NCBI GenBank assembly: GCA_963555755.3
Contig: OY820905.2
Span: forward strand, 2,432,001-2,496,000
Direction of reading: 5' to 3'
DNA length: 64,000 bases
Source: Nitrospirales bacterium
GTDB lineage: Bacteria; Nitrospirota; Nitrospiria; Nitrospirales; UBA8639
The position numbers were made by a program, and so were the translations under genes. How positions within the stretch are numbered: position 1 is the first letter of the stretch; each line of letters starts with the position of its first letter. A model generated the notes under the pieces. The model saw only the letters and a list, made by a program, of their open reading frames with translations, was not told the origin of the DNA and did no database searches. Shown here in pieces: positions 30,397 to 40,838 of the stretch.

Positions 30397-31452
30397 TCAC
30401 CTTTGAGCCCTCTCAGCACGATGCCGGATAAGGACCGCGACGGCATTCATCAAAAGGAGCACGGCGAGAAGAACAATGATCCCCGCGGCCGCGAGTTGGT
30501 GAAACTCCGGTTGCGGCCGCGATGCCCAGTTGAAGATCTGAATGGGAAGGGCCGTGAAGGCGTCCAAAGGTCCATCGGGAACAAACGCGACGTAGGTCAG
30601 AGCTCCGATCGTGATAAGTGGGGCGGTCTCTCCAATCGCACGCGAAAATGCGAGGATGATGCCGGTGATAATTCCCGGTAGTGCCGCGGGAAGGACATGG
30701 GCTCGCACCGTCTGCCAGCGAGTGGCACCGAGGGCATAGGCAGCTTGGCGGATGGAGCCGGGTACTCCACGGATGGCTTCCCGGGCCGCGATAATGATGA
30801 CCGGCAGGATCAGCAGACTCATGGTAAGGCTTCCCGCAAGAACGCTTCGCTCCAGCCCGAGCCACCGCACGAATATCACCAGTCCCAGGATGCCGTAGAC
30901 AATAGAGGGAACACCGGCAAGGTTGGCGATGTTGATCTCAATGAACCGGCTGACCCTTCCGCTCAGCGCGTATTCCTCAAGATAGATCGCCGCCGCTACC
31001 CCGACGGGGATCGAGAAGGCGGCCGTGAGGCTGATCAGCCATACCGTACCCCAAAGTGCCGAATGGATCCCTGCCTTCTCAGGAAAACGGGAGGGGAAAT
31101 CGGTGAGGAACTGAAGATCCACCCAAGGGAGTCCCTCGCGGGTGACGTGAAAGAGCAGAACGCCCAGCAACACCACGCCGGCCCAGGTCACGGCGGCACA
31201 GAGCAGGCGAAAGGCTTTGGAGACCATGTGACGACGCGCCAGGCATTGGGATGTGGATCTGTTGAATATTTCAGGTTCATGACCCATAAATTCTCCAGGA
31301 AAGGCAGTTCGCATCAGAGGGAGGGAATGTTCAAAAAAGTTCGTCCAGCAAGGCCGCAGCCCTTTTGACGAGCGGAGCGTACTCATAGTACGTGAGCACG
31401 GGAAAAGGGCGAGAACGCCGCTGGCGGCTTTTTTCAACATTCCCGATGTCAT
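30397..31452 (-). CDS. pstA: Phosphate ABC transporter permease PstA with an in-frame MITE at its N-terminus
   Basis: [27 protein letters not shown]. Confidence 0.95.
   Translation of the reverse strand: MTSGMLKKAASGVLALFPCSRTMSTLRSSKGLRPCWTNFFEHSLPLMRTAFPGEFMGHEPEIFNRSTSQCLARRHMVSKAFRLLCAAVTWAGVVLLGVLLFHVTREGLPWVDLQFLTDFPSRFPEKAGIHSALWGTVWLISLTAAFSIPVGVAAAIYLEEYALSGRVSRFIEINIANLAGVPSIVYGILGLVIFVRWLGLERSVLAGSLTMSLLILPVIIIAAREAIRGVPGSIRQAAYALGATRWQTVRAHVLPAALPGIITGIILAFSRAIGETAPLITIGALTYVAFVPDGPLDAFTALPIQIFNWASRPQPEFHQLAAAGIIVLLAVLLLMNAVAVLIRHRAERAQR
31255..31444. mobile_element. MITE family A, copy 4, in frame within pstA
   Basis: 5-bp TSD gatgt (31250-54, 31445-49); 190+5 = 195 bp. Confidence 0.93.
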
Positions 31453-32402
31453 TCGTAGACCTCCCGAAATCTTCGGAGTACGCGGTGTGCGACGAGGTTC
31501 ATGCCGAGTGTCATGGCGAAAAGGAGAGCCGCTACGGCAAAGATGGTCCGATATTCCAGTGTCCCCGCGGGGGCATCGCCCAAACTGACCTGGACGATGT
31601 AGGCCGTCATCGTCTGGATGCTTTCAAGCGGATTCAACGTCATCTTGGGCGTCGCGCCCGCTGCCAGCGTGACGGCCATTGTCTCGCCAATGGCACGCGA
31701 CAAAGCAAGCACGAACGATGCTATCACCCCGGAGAGGGCTCCAGGCACCACAAGCCGAGTCGTCACTTCGAACGAGGTCGCTCCCAAGGCATAAGCTCCC
31801 TGGCGGAGTGTGTCAGGCACCGCGCGGAGCGCGTCATCGCAAAGGGAAGCGACCATGGGAAGCACCATGATGCCAACGACGATGGAAGCGCTCGCCGCGT
31901 TAAACACCTGCACCCTCGGAAAGATGCTCGCCAGAGTAGGCGTCACAAACGAGAGCGCAAAGTAACCGTAGACCACGGTCGGAATCCCTGCAAGAATTTC
32001 CAAAACCGGCTTCAGGAGGCTGCGTGTGCGGACTGACGCATACTCGCTCAAATAGATTCCGCTGGCCAGCCCGACCGGAACGGCGATCAGGGCAGCCCCT
32101 GCCACCACGAGTAGAGTGCCGCACACGAGCGGAAGCACGCCGAAGGAGCGAGGCTTGAGGAGAGGCGTCCACGTCGTTCCAAAGAGGAACTCCAGGAGAG
32201 GCACATCACGGTAGAACGAGAAGGCCTCCCGGGCGAGTACGAGGATGATGGCGATGGTGGTGGCGATGGATAAGAGCGCGCAAAGAAACAACCCTGTCTT
32301 GATGCAGGTTTCCTGCCACCGGTTTTTCCACTTCCAATGGAGGTCTTCGGTTCCAATCACCGCGAGAGAGGAGTCCCCTTTCATCCGCTTATGAACGTGC
32401 AC
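31449..32402 (-). CDS. pstC: Phosphate ABC transporter permease PstC
   Basis: [29 protein letters not shown]. Confidence 0.95.
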   Translation of the reverse strand: MHVHKRMKGDSSLAVIGTEDLHWKWKNRWQETCIKTGLFLCALLSIATTIAIILVLAREAFSFYRDVPLLEFLFGTTWTPLLKPRSFGVLPLVCGTLLVVAGAALIAVPVGLASGIYLSEYASVRTRSLLKPVLEILAGIPTVVYGYFALSFVTPTLASIFPRVQVFNAASASIVVGIMVLPMVASLCDDALRAVPDTLRQGAYALGATSFEVTTRLVVPGALSGVIASFVLALSRAIGETMAVTLAAGATPKMTLNPLESIQTMTAYIVQVSLGDAPAGTLEYRTIFAVAALLFAMTLGMNLVAHRVLRRFREVYE

Positions 32403-33402
32403 CGAGAAGTTCTCCCAGGCTGATCCCTACCTTTGCTTTCTCTGAAAACACAGACCCTGTACGCCGACTCTTGAATCGCTCCAGGGCAAGCTCATAGACC
32501 TGGTCCGGGAGCGGCACGTACCCGACTTCCTTGACCAATGTGGGCGCGTGTTGGAGGTAAAACGCCACGAATTCCGCTACCGGCGGACGTTCGGCCGCCG
32601 CCTTGCTGACATAGATGAAGAGCGGACGGGAAAGCGGCTGGTACGTCCCGTCGTTGATCGTGGTGTTCGACGGAGCGATCGGCCCTTTGCCCCCGTCTAT
32701 GGCCACAAGTTTCAGCAATGAACGGTTTTCCACATAGTAGGCGAATCCAAAAAAACCCAGGGCGTGTTCATCACCGGCGATGCCCTGGACAAGAACGTTG
32801 TCATCTTCGCTGGCGGTGAAATCGGGCCGGGAAGCCTGCGCCTCGCCGTTGATGGCTTCCGTGAAATAGTCGAATGTCCCGGATGCGGTCCCCGGGCCAT
32901 ACAACGCGAGAGGTTGGTCGGGCCACTCGGGGCGGACGTCATTCCATTTCTTGACGGTGCTTCCCGGCTGCCAGATCTTGCGAAGCTCCTCGACGGTCAA
33001 GGACTCGACAAATTCGTTTTTGGGGTTGACCACTACTGTCAGTCCGTCGAAGGCGACAGGTAGTTCGATGAACTCGATACTTCGCTCCTTTGCCCTCAGC
33101 AGTTCTGATTCTTTTATGGGCCGAGAAGCGTCATTAATATCCGTTTCGCTAGAAATGAACTTTTGGAATCCGCCGCCGGTTCCTGAGATCCCAACCGTCA
33201 CGCGAATGCCCTTATGTACCTTTTGAAAGTCCTCCGCTACGGCTTCGGTAATGGGAAAGACCGTGCTGGAGCCATCAATGGCCACCCTGCCCGAGAGCGC
33301 ATTGGTCCTTGGATCTTCGGCCTTTTCCCCACACCCGGTTCCTAAAAAGATCATGAATACCACAGTGCACGCAACATACGCTTTGGTTAAAAATCGCTGC
33401 AT
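32389..33402 (-). CDS. pstS: Phosphate-binding lipoprotein PstS
   Basis: GTGC lipobox, [33 protein letters not shown]. Confidence 0.96.
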   Translation of the reverse strand: MQRFLTKAYVACTVVFMIFLGTGCGEKAEDPRTNALSGRVAIDGSSTVFPITEAVAEDFQKVHKGIRVTVGISGTGGGFQKFISSETDINDASRPIKESELLRAKERSIEFIELPVAFDGLTVVVNPKNEFVESLTVEELRKIWQPGSTVKKWNDVRPEWPDQPLALYGPGTASGTFDYFTEAINGEAQASRPDFTASEDDNVLVQGIAGDEHALGFFGFAYYVENRSLLKLVAIDGGKGPIAPSNTTINDGTYQPLSRPLFIYVSKAAAERPPVAEFVAFYLQHAPTLVKEVGYVPLPDQVYELALERFKSRRTGSVFSEKAKVGISLGELLGARS

Positions 33403-33445
33403 TTTCCTTTCTCCTTTCTTTTGAAAATTAGTGTAGCAACCTTTT

Positions 33446-33473
33446 GTAAAGACAGGATAAAGATCAGGTTAAT
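33446..33473 (-). promoter_or_regulatory. Putative Pho box upstream of pstS
   Basis: Three direct repeats gtaaag/ataaag/gttaat at exact 11-bp spacing (33446, 33457, 33468). Confidence 0.7.
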
Positions 33474-33562
33474 TTTCCGAGTTACTCCGGTTAAGGTATT
33501 TGGGGGTGTTGTGCATAGGTGTTAAGCTATGAGTCTGCTTTATGGGTGTTTCGTGCCTTCAA

Positions 33563-33751
33563 CCCGAAATCCGAATATCGAAATCCGAAACAAATCCGAA
33601 ATTCGAAACTCAACTGTTTCAAACGAATCAGTCAGGCAGAACAGGTGAATTGGCGTATTTGCTCTTCAAGCTCGTACAGACTGTTCTTCCGTGTTTTGGT
33701 CATTTGGAATTTGGTCATTTGAATTTGTTTCGGATTTCGATATTCGGATTT
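33563..33751. repeat. Inverted heptamer (cgaaatc-type) repeat arms between phoR and pstS
   Basis: ccgaaatccgaatatcgaaatccgaaacaaat pairs with atttgtttcggatttcgatattcggattt. Confidence 0.8.
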
Positions 33752-33856
33752 CTGGAAGGTATTTTCGCGCAAAACCTTAGCTTTACATCTATGGGATGGT
33801 AGGGGGACGGTGTAGGAAGCGCCGGAAAAAGGGAGACGAAAGATAGGTGCGAAAAA

Positions 33857-35641
33857 CTACGCGGATGTGGGTGCGAGTGGGAGGTATATACGAAAGGTAC
33901 TGCCCTTGCCGGGAACGCTGTCCACGGACACCCAACCACCATGTGCATGGGTGATATGCTTGACGATGGACAGGCCAAGGCCGGTTCCGCCAAGTTCCCT
34001 GGAGCGCGCCTTGTCCACGCGGTAGAACCGCTCGAAAATCCGGTCCAGGTCCCGAGGCTCGATCCCAATACCAGTGTCTTCGACTTCAATCACGGCATGC
34101 CCCTCTTCCTGGCGGAGACGGACCCAGACGCGCCCATTCTTTGGCGTATATTTGAGTGCGTTGTCCAACAAGTTTCTCACGACCTGACACAGCGCCTCCT
34201 CGTCACCCAAGACCGTCACCGGTTCTTCCGGAACTTGACTCTCTATGATGATGCCCTCCTTCTCACGCGGTGGAAGCAGACCTTGGGATGAAGCGAGGAC
34301 GGGATCGCGCAGGTCGAGGAATTTCCTTTCCAGGACATCTCCTTGTGTCTCCAGGCGGGAGATGGTCAGAAGGTCAGTCACAATTACGCCGAGGCGCATG
34401 GCTTGGTCCCGCACCTTAATGAGGAAGCGTTCGCGATGTTCAGGGTGCATCTGCTTGTCATCAATGAGCGTCTCAACCAAACCGCGAATTGCAGTAATTG
34501 GCGTTTTAAGTTCGTGAGAAACATTCGCGACGAAATCTCGTCGGACCGTCTCTAGCCGATGCAGTTCCGACAAGTCGTATAGGACAACTACCGCACCCAC
34601 AAGACTTCCTTGGCTGTCGTGCAGTGGCGAGGCGTTTACCTTGACAGCCCGATCTTGCGGTGGCCCTATGAGTTGCAGTTCCTCCGCCACCTCGGTTGCG
34701 TCACGGAGCGTTTTATCAACGATTTCACAAACTTTATGAATGGTAATCGACTCCCAGATCTTCTTGCCAACAATGCTCTCAGGCGAAATGCCAAGGATTA
34801 TCCCCGCCGCGGCGTTCATGTGAACAACACGCTCGTCTTGGTCGACGGCGACGACCCCTTCCACCATTCCTCCCAAAATGGCGAGCAACTTGTTACGATC
34901 CTTATTGATCGTTTCCATTCGATCCCGTAGGTTTTCTGACAGTCGATTAAGGGTGCGAGCAAGTGTACCGATTTCGTCTGTCGTGGTGACGGGTATCCTT
35001 TGGTCGTAGTTGCCGTGCGCCATCGACTCCGCTGCGGTAGTCATCGATGTGAGCGGATTGGTAACGCGTCGAGCAAAAAAGAGGCCTAGGATCAAGGCCA
35101 CCGAGACCGCTATTCCGGCTCCCAATGCCACCAGAGCATGCAGGTGGGCTAACCGTTCCTCAACAACGGAGAGGGGAAGAGACGTCCGGACATACCCGAC
35201 GAGCCGATCTTCACTCCACACCGGCAGAGCCAAGTACATCATCATTGTACCCAAGGTGTCGCTGAATCGAGTTGTGTTTCCAAGTTCGTGCGAACGTGCA
35301 GCAAGGATTTCAGGACGGTTCGCATGGTTATCCATTTCGGATGGATTCTCCTCGGAGTCCGCGATGACTCCTCCGTCCAATCCGATCACAGTGAGGCGAG
35401 TGTCGATTGCAGCGCCGAGGGCACGAATACGTTGTTGGAGAGTTGGGTCCGGAGGCCCTCGAAATGTGGGGCTTACCAGGTTTTGCAGGAACACCGCCCG
35501 AACGTTAAGAGATTGCCGGATTTCCTTGACCGAATCCTCTTCAATCTGTTGGGCGATTAAACCACCCACAATCGCCGTCGACAGCAGGATGAGCGCTACG
35601 TACCCCAGGTAAAGCTTTCGAAGAAAAGGAGAGCGGAGCAT
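33857..35641 (-). CDS. phoR: Phosphate regulon sensor kinase PhoR
   Basis: HAMP and PAS domains, DFVANVSHELKTP, NLLDNALKY, RVDKARSRELGGTGLGL. Confidence 0.92.
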   Translation of the reverse strand: MLRSPFLRKLYLGYVALILLSTAIVGGLIAQQIEEDSVKEIRQSLNVRAVFLQNLVSPTFRGPPDPTLQQRIRALGAAIDTRLTVIGLDGGVIADSEENPSEMDNHANRPEILAARSHELGNTTRFSDTLGTMMMYLALPVWSEDRLVGYVRTSLPLSVVEERLAHLHALVALGAGIAVSVALILGLFFARRVTNPLTSMTTAAESMAHGNYDQRIPVTTTDEIGTLARTLNRLSENLRDRMETINKDRNKLLAILGGMVEGVVAVDQDERVVHMNAAAGIILGISPESIVGKKIWESITIHKVCEIVDKTLRDATEVAEELQLIGPPQDRAVKVNASPLHDSQGSLVGAVVVLYDLSELHRLETVRRDFVANVSHELKTPITAIRGLVETLIDDKQMHPEHRERFLIKVRDQAMRLGVIVTDLLTISRLETQGDVLERKFLDLRDPVLASSQGLLPPREKEGIIIESQVPEEPVTVLGDEEALCQVVRNLLDNALKYTPKNGRVWVRLRQEEGHAVIEVEDTGIGIEPRDLDRIFERFYRVDKARSRELGGTGLGLSIVKHITHAHGGWVSVDSVPGKGSTFRIYLPLAPTSA

Positions 35642-35644
35642 GAC

Positions 35645-36343
35645 CTACTTCTCTTCATCCCGGAATCGATAGCCGACTCCCCGGATGGTCTCGACCAAGT
35701 CCCTGTAGGGACCTAGCTTCTTTCGCACAGTTCGCATGTGGACATCGATATTGCGGCCAAGGACGAACGTATCTTCGCCGATTCCCTTGCTCAAGAGATT
35801 GTCTCGGGTATATACACGGCCCGGAGAGGATGCAAGGAAGTGGAGAAGTCGGAACTCCGTTGCGGTAAAGATAACTGCCTGCCCATTGACCCGAACCTCA
35901 TGCCGCTCGGCGTCGATCACCAATCCATCTCTCACGATTCGCTCTCCGGAAACCAGTTCCTTTTTGACCGATCCCCGACGTAAGACGGCCTTGACCCTTG
36001 CAAGGAGCTCCTTGGGACTGAACGGTTTGGTGATGTAGTCGTCGGCTCCGATGCCCAGCCCAAGGACGATATCACTTTCCTCTCCCTTGGCGGTGACTAT
36101 GATGACGGGGATATGTTGTGTCAGAGGATCTGATTTGAGCTTTCGGCACACTTCGATCCCATCGAGACCGGGCAACATTAAGTCAAGGAGTACAAGGTCA
36201 GGCTTTTCTTTTCGGACCAGGTGAACCCCTTCTTCGCCATCCCGAGCAGAGCAAACCCGGTACCCCTCCCGCAAAAGATTGTACTCAATCACCTCAAGGA
36301 TGTCGGCCTCATCCTCTATCACCATAACCTTCTCGCGCACCAT
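35645..36343 (-). CDS. phoB: Phosphate regulon response regulator PhoB/PhoP
   Basis: LLDLMLP, GADDYITKPFS, OmpR wHTH ETIRGVGYRF; adjacent to phoR and pst. Confidence 0.88.
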   Translation of the reverse strand: MVREKVMVIEDEADILEVIEYNLLREGYRVCSARDGEEGVHLVRKEKPDLVLLDLMLPGLDGIEVCRKLKSDPLTQHIPVIIVTAKGEESDIVLGLGIGADDYITKPFSPKELLARVKAVLRRGSVKKELVSGERIVRDGLVIDAERHEVRVNGQAVIFTATEFRLLHFLASSPGRVYTRDNLLSKGIGEDTFVLGRNIDVHMRTVRKKLGPYRDLVETIRGVGYRFRDEEK

Positions 36344-36384
36344 CGGCCCTCTCTTTCTCCATGACTATCTGGGAAGCGCAGATA

Positions 36385-36414
36385 GTAAAGCATCATTGTA
36401 AAGACGAGGTAAAG
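36385..36414 (-). promoter_or_regulatory. Putative Pho box upstream of phoB
   Basis: gtaaag at 36385, 36398 and 36409; same hexamer as at pstS. Confidence 0.6.
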
Positions 36415-36496
36415 GATTCGTGATTTTTAGGATTCGAATCCTATACCCGGACGACCGTGTGATTTTCCTACTATGTTGTGAGCGTTGTTGCATAAT

Positions 36497-36657
36497 CCTG
36501 GAAACGGCAGTTGGGCGCAAAAAAGACGTGTAAGGTATTGGCACACCGGGTGAATTACAAAAAGTCGTGGCCACCTTCGTGGTAATGAGATATTTTTCTT
36601 TTGCCAGGTGCGCCAAGAGCTTGCGCGGATGTTTGTGATCCAACTGCCGTTTCTAGG
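36497..36657. mobile_element. MITE family B, copy 2, without the nested insert
   Basis: cctggaaacggcagttgg...ccaactgccgtttctagg; homologous to 1889-2216. Confidence 0.85.
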
Positions 36658-36707
36658 TTTAATCGGGAATCCAGGTGCGTTTTTTCTTTGACGAAGGTAG
36701 GTTTCAT

Positions 36708-37047
36708 AGATGGGTCTGATTGAGAATAATTATATGCAGGGTTTCGCCCCTGCAGACGAGGTTCCCTCGACGGATTCGGGACAGGCTCTTTTGTTTCGGC
36801 AAAAGGACCCAAAACTATTCTCGCCCGTGCCCGCCCCCCATGCCCCCGCGTGGGCAGCCTCTTCGGATGCCTCCGCCTCCGCACCGAATCCTTCGACTCC
36901 GCTCAGGATAGGTCACATGGCTACGTAACTCGCGGAGTCTATCCTTCGCCCTTCGACAAACTCAAGCCAGGCCTTGCCGAAGGGCTCAAACAGCCCCCGC
37001 CAAAGAAGTTGATTTGGTGCTGCGGCTCCGCCGCGCCCAACGCGGGT
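36708..37047. repeat. Structured REP/MITE-like element related to 40057-40310 and 44430-44686
   Basis: Shared tgagaataattat.tgcagggtttcg...ttttgtttcggcaaaag...ctcaaacagccc blocks. Confidence 0.7.
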
Positions 37048-37300
37048 TGAGGTGAGCTTTTGATATTCTTAACCCTGCCAAACTCTCGACAAAAGATCTA
37101 ACGGCACATCTCTCCCTCAGGTGGCTTTATAAAGTTTAGCGTCCCCTTTTAAAAAGATGAAAATTGAAAAGGATTGTGCTCTAGTGGGAAGACCAAAAAC
37201 AATTATGCGGAACAGGTTGCGAAAAATCTAACATTCTTCAGTGAGGGATCAACTAAACTTTGGATGAGAGAAAATTGTTTAGCGAACGATCAAGTAAAAG
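37030..37300. repeat. Repeat block A, near-identical to about 40477-40750
   Basis: gcgcccaacgcgggttgagg...gcgaacgatcaag; its second half recurs diverged at 39862 and 44235. Confidence 0.9.
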
Positions 37301-37407
37301 AATTTTCAGCCCCTCTTTCTTTATTTCCTGAATGTAAAAAAACTTAGACTTTATTTTTCAGCCACAGTCAGAATGAGTCAACTCTTACGTGTTCCATGGT
37401 CATTGGG

Positions 37408-37520
37408 CCTGTCATTCCCGCGGCACGGGTCAAAACGATTCACCACAGAGCCATGAACGCGGGAATCCAGTATTTCGAACGTAAAGACTGGATGCCCGCT
37501 TACTCCTGCGGGCATGACGG
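37408..37520. repeat. REP-like palindrome pair
   Basis: gtcattcccgcg...cgcgggaatccag and ctggatgcccgc...gcgggcatgac. Confidence 0.65.
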
Positions 37521-37670
37521 AAGGCGAAGAAGGGGCATGAGGCTTCGCTCCAAAACAATCGTGCATTGTCTGTAAAATGAAATCCAAGTTTTTACACCTG
37601 AAATTACATTTGTCCCCTTTTTTAACCCCGTTATGTGGGCTTGAAAAAGGGTCTGCTCCAGCAAGAAACA

Positions 37671-38006
37671 CTAGATGGATAGTTGGTCGGCGAAAGTAAC
37701 CGTAGTCGTTGCGGGGCGTCTACTTCTTTTGCGTTTGACAATAATTTCAATTTCGCGGTCTAGTTTATTAAGCAAGCGAAAAAGACGATCCACGGAAAAC
37801 CCGCTCAAACCTCCACGGGCAAGATCGGAAACTCTAGATTGAGGAATTCCCAAAATTGCCCCAGCCTCTTTCTGTGTTAACTTCCATTTTTTGATGATGG
37901 CATTGAACTGACTCACCAGTTTGGCTTTGGTCTCCATGTCTTCGGGATTATCAAAGCCGAGGTCGGTAAAGACGTCGCCTGAGCCTCTTGCAATGTTCTC
38001 TGTCAT
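37671..38006 (-). CDS. XRE/HigA-like HTH antitoxin; upstream toxin truncated
   Basis: GSGDVFTDLG, LTQKEAG.ILGIPQSRVS.L.RG.L.GFS.DRL. Confidence 0.88.
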   Translation of the reverse strand: MTENIARGSGDVFTDLGFDNPEDMETKAKLVSQFNAIIKKWKLTQKEAGAILGIPQSRVSDLARGGLSGFSVDRLFRLLNKLDREIEIIVKRKRSRRPATTTVTFADQLSI

Positions 38007-38281
38007 GACCTTTGCTTCTTCTTTAAATCTTCTTCTGCCATATTGAACCTTCCTGTAAACTCTTCAATATCCAAACATGCTAGTAGTAGGACAATTAGAT
38101 AGGCAATACAAGACCAATTGGAGGGAAAGAAGAGGCTCATTGCTCGCCCTCCCGCCCGGACTCAATGGTTCGTCGAAAAATCAATACTCATGCCTGGCCG
38201 CATTTCTGACCCTGGAGAGAGTATTGAGAAAAACAATTAATTATTTAACTAGGATTGACCTTTATTATTTTCTTTATTTTC

Positions 38282-38653
38282 TTATTTGACGTAGATCACT
38301 CCAGGCAGGTCCTTCAGGTCCGCGTCTCCCGTGACGACTTGCGCGTCCTGATCCCTGGCGGTGGCATACACGATGGCATCGGCCATGGCTAAACCGTACA
38401 ACAGGCTCATATCCGCCGCCAGATACGCGATGGATTCCGTGAGCTGGACGACATGGCTCGCACTGAGTTGTGCCGAAACCAATAAGGCCGTCTCTTCCCC
38501 CCTCTCCCGTTTGATTTTCTTGTACACTTCATACAGAACGATGGTCGGGATGATGCGGTCATGCCGAGGCGAGAAATAGGCAGCATAGCGTTCGGCAAGT
38601 GGCCCTTCTGTAAAGAATTCGATCCATCCGCTGGAATCCATCAGGATTTTCAC
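38282..38653 (-). CDS. vapC: VapC/PIN-domain toxin, copy 1
   Basis: DSSGWIE, LYEVYK, LAMADAIVYATA, VTGD.D. Confidence 0.92.
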   Translation of the reverse strand: MKILMDSSGWIEFFTEGPLAERYAAYFSPRHDRIIPTIVLYEVYKKIKRERGEETALLVSAQLSASHVVQLTESIAYLAADMSLLYGLAMADAIVYATARDQDAQVVTGDADLKDLPGVIYVK

Positions 38654-38865
38654 AGCCGGTCCTGCTTTTCCCGAATGCCTGTCTTGGACATCCCCTTAAG
38701 TAATCCCTTCAGGCTTTTGAGGGGCAATTCCGGCACCAGGGTGATCACTCCACCCCTTTCTATGACCTGTAAACGCTGCTGAGGACACAGGTGAAGCTTC
38801 TCCCGCACGTCCTTGGGGATCACAATTTGAAATTTTGGTGAAATCGTTGTCGTGGCCATGCTCAA
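38650..38865 (-). CDS. AbrB/MazE-family antitoxin, copy 1
   Basis: ISPKFQIVIPKDVRE.L; 4-nt overlap with the toxin. Confidence 0.92.
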   Translation of the reverse strand: MSMATTTISPKFQIVIPKDVREKLHLCPQQRLQVIERGGVITLVPELPLKSLKGLLKGMSKTGIREKQDRL

Positions 38866-39184
38866 CCCTCCATACTAAATCATGATCGATCATGCTATCG
38901 TCTTACGACTTGCCAGTCAAGCGCGGGGGCCTCGCGCGGGATAACATATCTCTGAATAGTGAAAACTGATAACTTCCAAGTAAATAAATTGGATTAAAAT
39001 GCTTATGTCCCTTTCGGTGAAAGTAATAGTGAGAGCTTTTCCAAACAAGGAGTCATTCCATTTCTTTTCGAATAATTTCAGTGTTTTTCTGACATCTTTG
39101 TTGTTCGTGTGTTTCCCAATTATGCCATGCGAAAACCCAATAATAAGTTTCCTGGCACCTTTTCCTTCTCTTCAAAATATCCTG

Positions 39185-39730
39185 CTATTCATCGGTGTAG
39201 GTTTCCAGTAATTCCTGGATGCGGGAGAAGATTCGATACAACTCCTTCTGCTGCTTGACAATTTCGGCATGGTTGGCTGCGGCGGCGACACAGCCTCCAA
39301 GTTCATCCAGATCGTCCAGGGTAAGACTGACTGAGAGGCCATTCTTTTCTACGATGGCCAAGCGGATGCGGTTTTCGAATTCAGGTGGTAAGCAAATATC
39401 ACTATCGAGGAGAAGCTGCTGTTCACGTTTGCTGAGCGTGAGGGAAAGCTTTTCGTCTGGTTTGATCTTTTTCCGGGGAGGATTGGAGGGAGAGTTTAGG
39501 CCTGGGAACTGAACGTGTGGGTAAAGGACCGTGATTGAGCGGGCTTGGCCAGGGATACGCGAAATGAATCCCCGTTTTTCCAAGGTCAGAATCATCTGGT
39601 GCACCGATGGCGGCGAGATTTGGAAATGCCGCTGCATGTCGGCTTCCGCAGGAGGCACCCTCAGAATCAAGGTGTACCCGGCAATAAATGTCAGAAACTC
39701 AAGCTGGCGAGGTGTAGGTTTGGCATCCAT
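39185..39730 (-). CDS. LexA-like winged-HTH protein with an unknown C-terminal domain, copy 1
   Basis: TPRQ.EFL.FI..Y....PP.EAD.QRHF.ISPPSVHQMILTLE..G.ISR.PG.ARSI. Confidence 0.8.
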   Translation of the reverse strand: MDAKPTPRQLEFLTFIAGYTLILRVPPAEADMQRHFQISPPSVHQMILTLEKRGFISRIPGQARSITVLYPHVQFPGLNSPSNPPRKKIKPDEKLSLTLSKREQQLLLDSDICLPPEFENRIRLAIVEKNGLSVSLTLDDLDELGGCVAAAANHAEIVKQQKELYRIFSRIQELLETYTDE

Positions 39731-40838
39731 TCAGGGTTCTCCTGTGAAAGCCATATTCAGGACAAAGGGGGGGATCACGTCGAGTTTTGTAGCGCGGATC
39801 ATCCGATCAACAAATGGGGACAGAATGGTCGACCTCCTTTCCTTCACGAGGGATAACTTCCATGAAAATTGAAAAGGATTGTGCCCTAGTGGGAAGACAA
39901 GAAGCAATGATGCGGGATAGGCTGGGCGAGAGCGATCATTTTTCGGTGAGGGATCATCTAAATTTCCAATGAGAAGGATTTGTTTAGCGAACGATCAAGG
40001 AAAAGATTTCTGAGCCCTTCTTCATATCCTGAAAATAAATCTGTCCACTTTTTCTTGATTGGGTTTGTTTGAGAATAATTATTTGCAGGGTTTCGTCCCT
40101 GCACGACGAGTCACTTTTGTTTCGGCAAAAGTGACCAAAACCATTTCCGCCCGTGCGCGGCCCTTCGGGTGCCTCCGCCTCCGTCCCGAATCAAGATGGC
40201 TCGGGAACTCGCTCTGCTCAAACAGCCCTCGCCGAAAAGTCGATTCGGGACTGAGGCTCCGCCGCTCCCAAGGCGGGAAGACACTCAAGAAACAAATCCA
40301 GTTTTCAAACTAGTGCGGGGGAGAGCAAATCCTATTAAACTCAACATGCCTAACCCTACTTCCAACATGCAGTCGTGGTTTTCTAGCCATGCTCCCATCG
40401 CAATTGAACGACCAAATTAGCGCAATAACGCAGGCCTGACCCTCCTATGACCCTCCTACCAGGCCTGACCCTCCTACCGCTGCGCCCAACGCGGGTTGAG
40501 GTGAGCTTTTGATATTCTTAACCCTGCCAAACTCTCGACAAAAGATCTAACGGCAAATCTCTCCCTCAGGTGGCTTTATAAAGTTTAGCGTCCCCTTTTA
40601 AAAAGATGAAAATTGAAAAGGATTGTGCTCTAGTGGGAAGACCAAAAACAATTATGCGGAACAGGTTGCGAAAAATCTAACATTCTTCAGTGAGGGATCA
40701 ACTAAACTTTGGATGAGAGAAAATTGTTTAGCGAACGATCAAGGAAAAGAGGTGTAAATTTCGTTACATTCCTAGAAAATAAATCTTTCCCTGTTTTTCT
40801 AAGAAATGAAAAGGAATGCCTTGGGAAGTAATGGGTCG

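Larger units (their letters stand above)
38120..40448. repeat. Repeat block B, copy 1 (about 2.3 kb; direct repeat of 42502-44821)
   Basis: Colinear at offset 4373 after a 9-bp indel; contains the TA pair and an HTH gene. Confidence 0.95.

Noticed and set aside
29694..32036. Long alternative-frame and antisense ORFs over pst genes
   Set aside because: Shadow ORFs of GC-rich coding sequence and MITEs
39185..39730. True LexA repressor
   Set aside because: No Ala-Gly cleavage site or S24 peptidase domain; only the HTH is similar
40059..40420. Small ORFs at 40059-40420, 44432-44793 and 36555-37050
   Set aside because: They overlap structured repeat elements and show no protein motifs
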